Program-made: the position numbers and the translations under genes
In this document: positions 62,590 to 64,000 of the stretch, in pieces
Layout of the letters: each line of letters opens with the position of its first letter
How positions within the stretch are numbered: position 1 is the stretch's first letter
Notes under the pieces: model-generated
Databases searched by the model: none
Seen by the model: only the letters and a program-made list of their open reading frames with translations
Told to the model about the DNA's origin: nothing
Source: Felis catus
Taxonomy: Eukaryota
Length of the DNA: 64,000 bases
NCBI RefSeq assembly: GCF_018350175.1
Contig: NC_058368.1
Span: 108,998,001 to 109,062,000 of the forward strand
Direction of reading: 5' to 3'

Positions 62590-64000
62590 TGTCTTTAAGT
62601 CTTATTTATCCTACTCTAAGGCAAAATCCTGACAGAAAAATACTCAAAAACCACAAAGGAGAGCACATTCTCTTTGAAGAGCTTTTCTGCTTGACTGCAG
62701 ATGGAATGGTGACAGTGAACAATAGACACATCAATACCCCTACCACACTTGAGAGTTTCTCAGCTCTGCCCAGCGCTAAAGGCTGTGGTAGAGGTCTTTT
62801 GCCCTTGGTCCTAGTGTCTTCCATGAAGAATTATAGGGGATGGTATTTAATAAGCTCATTTGCCTGACCTTTGGAGTTCTTGTCCAAAGCATGACATGGG
62901 TGCAAGGTTGGTACAAGATCAAGCCTGAGCTGGTATCTAGCAAGCCCATTTACTGCTATGACTTCAGACAAACCCAGTCTCAGAACCTCAGTTCACTCTT
63001 ACACAAAGCAGGCAAAACAACATGTTAGGAGGCTTTGGAGTCTCAGTTTTATGAATCTGTGTGTTGGGGCAGATTCCAAGCTCTTTTCTGACACTTTGGC
63101 TAGTGATTTTTCAGAAGTGGGTGGCCACTAATTCAGGTGTATGTCCTGTCTATGCCTTCTAACCCATGGCATGACAGGGCACATGAATCCAGGCATACAG
63201 TTTTGGAGGGTTTGTGCCCTTTCCCCTGAAGCCCATTCAGGAACCCCAGTTGAAGAAAAACTGTACTCTGGACGTGGTCTCAGATTCATCCTCTGCTTGT
63301 GCCTGGGGGACAGAGAGTCAAGTTCCTGGCCCACTTTGTTTTTCCTCTGCAGAGCTATGCTTGGGCTTTCTGCCTGTAGCCAGGATCGTGGGTGCCAGGA
63401 GAGGCGGCCTCATGAATCTTGTTATTGTCTTTAGGACGGGAGTGTTCTCAAGGACCTTATCCTCAACATCACAGCGTGACCCCTTTGTGGAAGGAAGTCT
63501 ACAGGAGAGACTTCTCTCAGGTCTTAGTACTTAGAAAAACTAAATTCTGCAGAACGAGTATATCACTTTGCCTATGGGGATCCTGCGAGCTGAGCCACAG
63601 GGATCTTCAGAGCTGGCTTTCAGAGCGTCTCTGGCAAGCATGCAGGCCCCTGGGCAGGACAGCTGGCTGTGGGTCTAATCCTGGCTTGGTTATTTTGCAA
63701 CCCTTCCTCCCCTCTGTTGTGTGCCCTGACTCCTTAGCCTTTTGTTTTACACTTTTCTCTTGGATGCGTCCTGCTGGAGACTGAAGTGTGATATAAATAT
63801 GTGAATTCATTTTTAAATCTATTTTAGGGAAGTTGTGAGGATTAAGAACTGAACTGCTTAATGAATGTCATGGAAGCAGTTCTACCACCAAGTGGAGGGG
63901 GGATTGGGTAGGAGGCAGGAGGTTTTCCTGTAGACTGGATCATCTTGCCACACATAGCAGTCCCTTGACCCAGAGCCCCCAAAATACCTATGGGTACCTG

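Overview
Mammalian genomic DNA from a cat-family carnivore, judged by felid-type Can-SINEs and an L1_Fc-type 3' end. The window is syntenic with the human 5q31 block P4HA2-PDLIM4-SLC22A4. It holds a CpG island at the left edge (inferred P4HA2 promoter, minus strand, with a HIF element), the complete 7-exon PDLIM4/RIL gene (24001-38545, 993 nt CDS, 330 aa) and coding exon 1 of SLC22A4/OCTN1 (52611-53003). Much of the rest is SINE, LINE, LTR and DNA-transposon sequence. Three observations stand out. (1) A decayed, intron-containing plus-strand gene at about 3.4-8.4 kb whose hand-translated exons match, in order, the DNA-binding region of calcium-responsive transcription factor (CARF/ALS2CR8); it looks like an unannotated unitary pseudogene of a CARF paralog. 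(2) A more speculative minus-strand unit at about 18.9-19.5 kb (TATA, Kozak ATG, splice donor) resembling a dead IL-5/GM-CSF-family cytokine gene. (3) A two-LTR ERV-L provirus fossil with nested elements just upstream of the SLC22A4 promoter. All protein and repeat-family comparisons were made from memory and need database confirmation.
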